From the NCBI RefSeq assembly GCF_000011805.1, contig NC_006840.2: DNA of 32,000 nucleotides. One strand, given 5' to 3'. Shown piece by piece: positions 31,890-32,000 of the stretch. How positions within the stretch are numbered: position 1 is the stretch's first letter; every line of letters begins with the position of its first letter. The translations under genes were made by a program, and so were the position numbers. The DNA is from Aliivibrio fischeri ES114. Lineage in GTDB: Bacteria > Pseudomonadota > Gammaproteobacteria > Enterobacterales > Vibrionaceae. Below the pieces are notes generated by a model. That model was not told where the DNA came from, searched no databases, and worked only from the letters and a program-made list of their open reading frames with translations.

Positions 31890-32000
31890 ATACAACCCCA
31901 AGAGGTTTCGTATGGACCATTTGCTTTCACTTTTTAAAAGTGAAGACAAAACAGCAACCAAGGTTGAACTCGTCATTGCGAGTTCTGGTTTTTCGCCGGA
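31890..32000 (-). other. partial 16S-23S internal transcribed spacer
   Basis: This sequence lies upstream of the 23S 5' end on the minus strand and runs off the window. No tRNA is recognisable in the 111 nt present. Confidence 0.7.

Overview
This is a core-chromosome window from a low-GC gammaproteobacterium. Gene content and order look like Vibrionaceae (Aliivibrio/Photobacterium/Vibrio-like). That placement is an inference from near-colinear similarity to E. coli orthologues I recognise and from the adjacent arcA/arcB arrangement. Reading left to right: rpiA, serA, a yggE-like SIMPL protein, mscS, yaaA, a yaaJ-type alanine/cation symporter, and a 710-bp AT-rich gap. Then a small DUF3545 gene convergent with a hemerythrin-domain gene, ung, a frameshifted nfo, grcA, thrCBA with an untracked thrL leader and attenuator, and an RraA-family gene. 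Then arcA, a small lipoprotein coupled to arcB, yhcC, gltBD, and a DUF1499 lipoprotein. The window ends in the distal part of an rrn operon on the minus strand: 23S, 5S, tRNA-Asp, followed by decayed tRNA-Asp/terminator repeat units. I see no transposase, integrase, CRISPR array, toxin-antitoxin pair or recognisable defence system, and I cannot support a claim of a novel multi-gene system here. Six things are worth a second look: (1) a 1-nt frameshift in nfo, within an nfo-ung pair whose stop and start codons overlap; (2) a roughly 183-bp tandem repeat holding a degenerate tRNA-Asp-like element and duplicated terminators that abuts the DUF1499 stop codon; (3) two FNR-like boxes 53 bp apart at grcA, and a perfect FNR-type palindrome upstream of arcA; (4) an uncharacterised lipoprotein coupled to arcB; (5) the long AT-rich non-coding gap upstream of yaaJ; (6) the thr leader peptide. 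All coordinates of RNA ends, terminators and operator-like sites were read by eye and may be off by a few nt.
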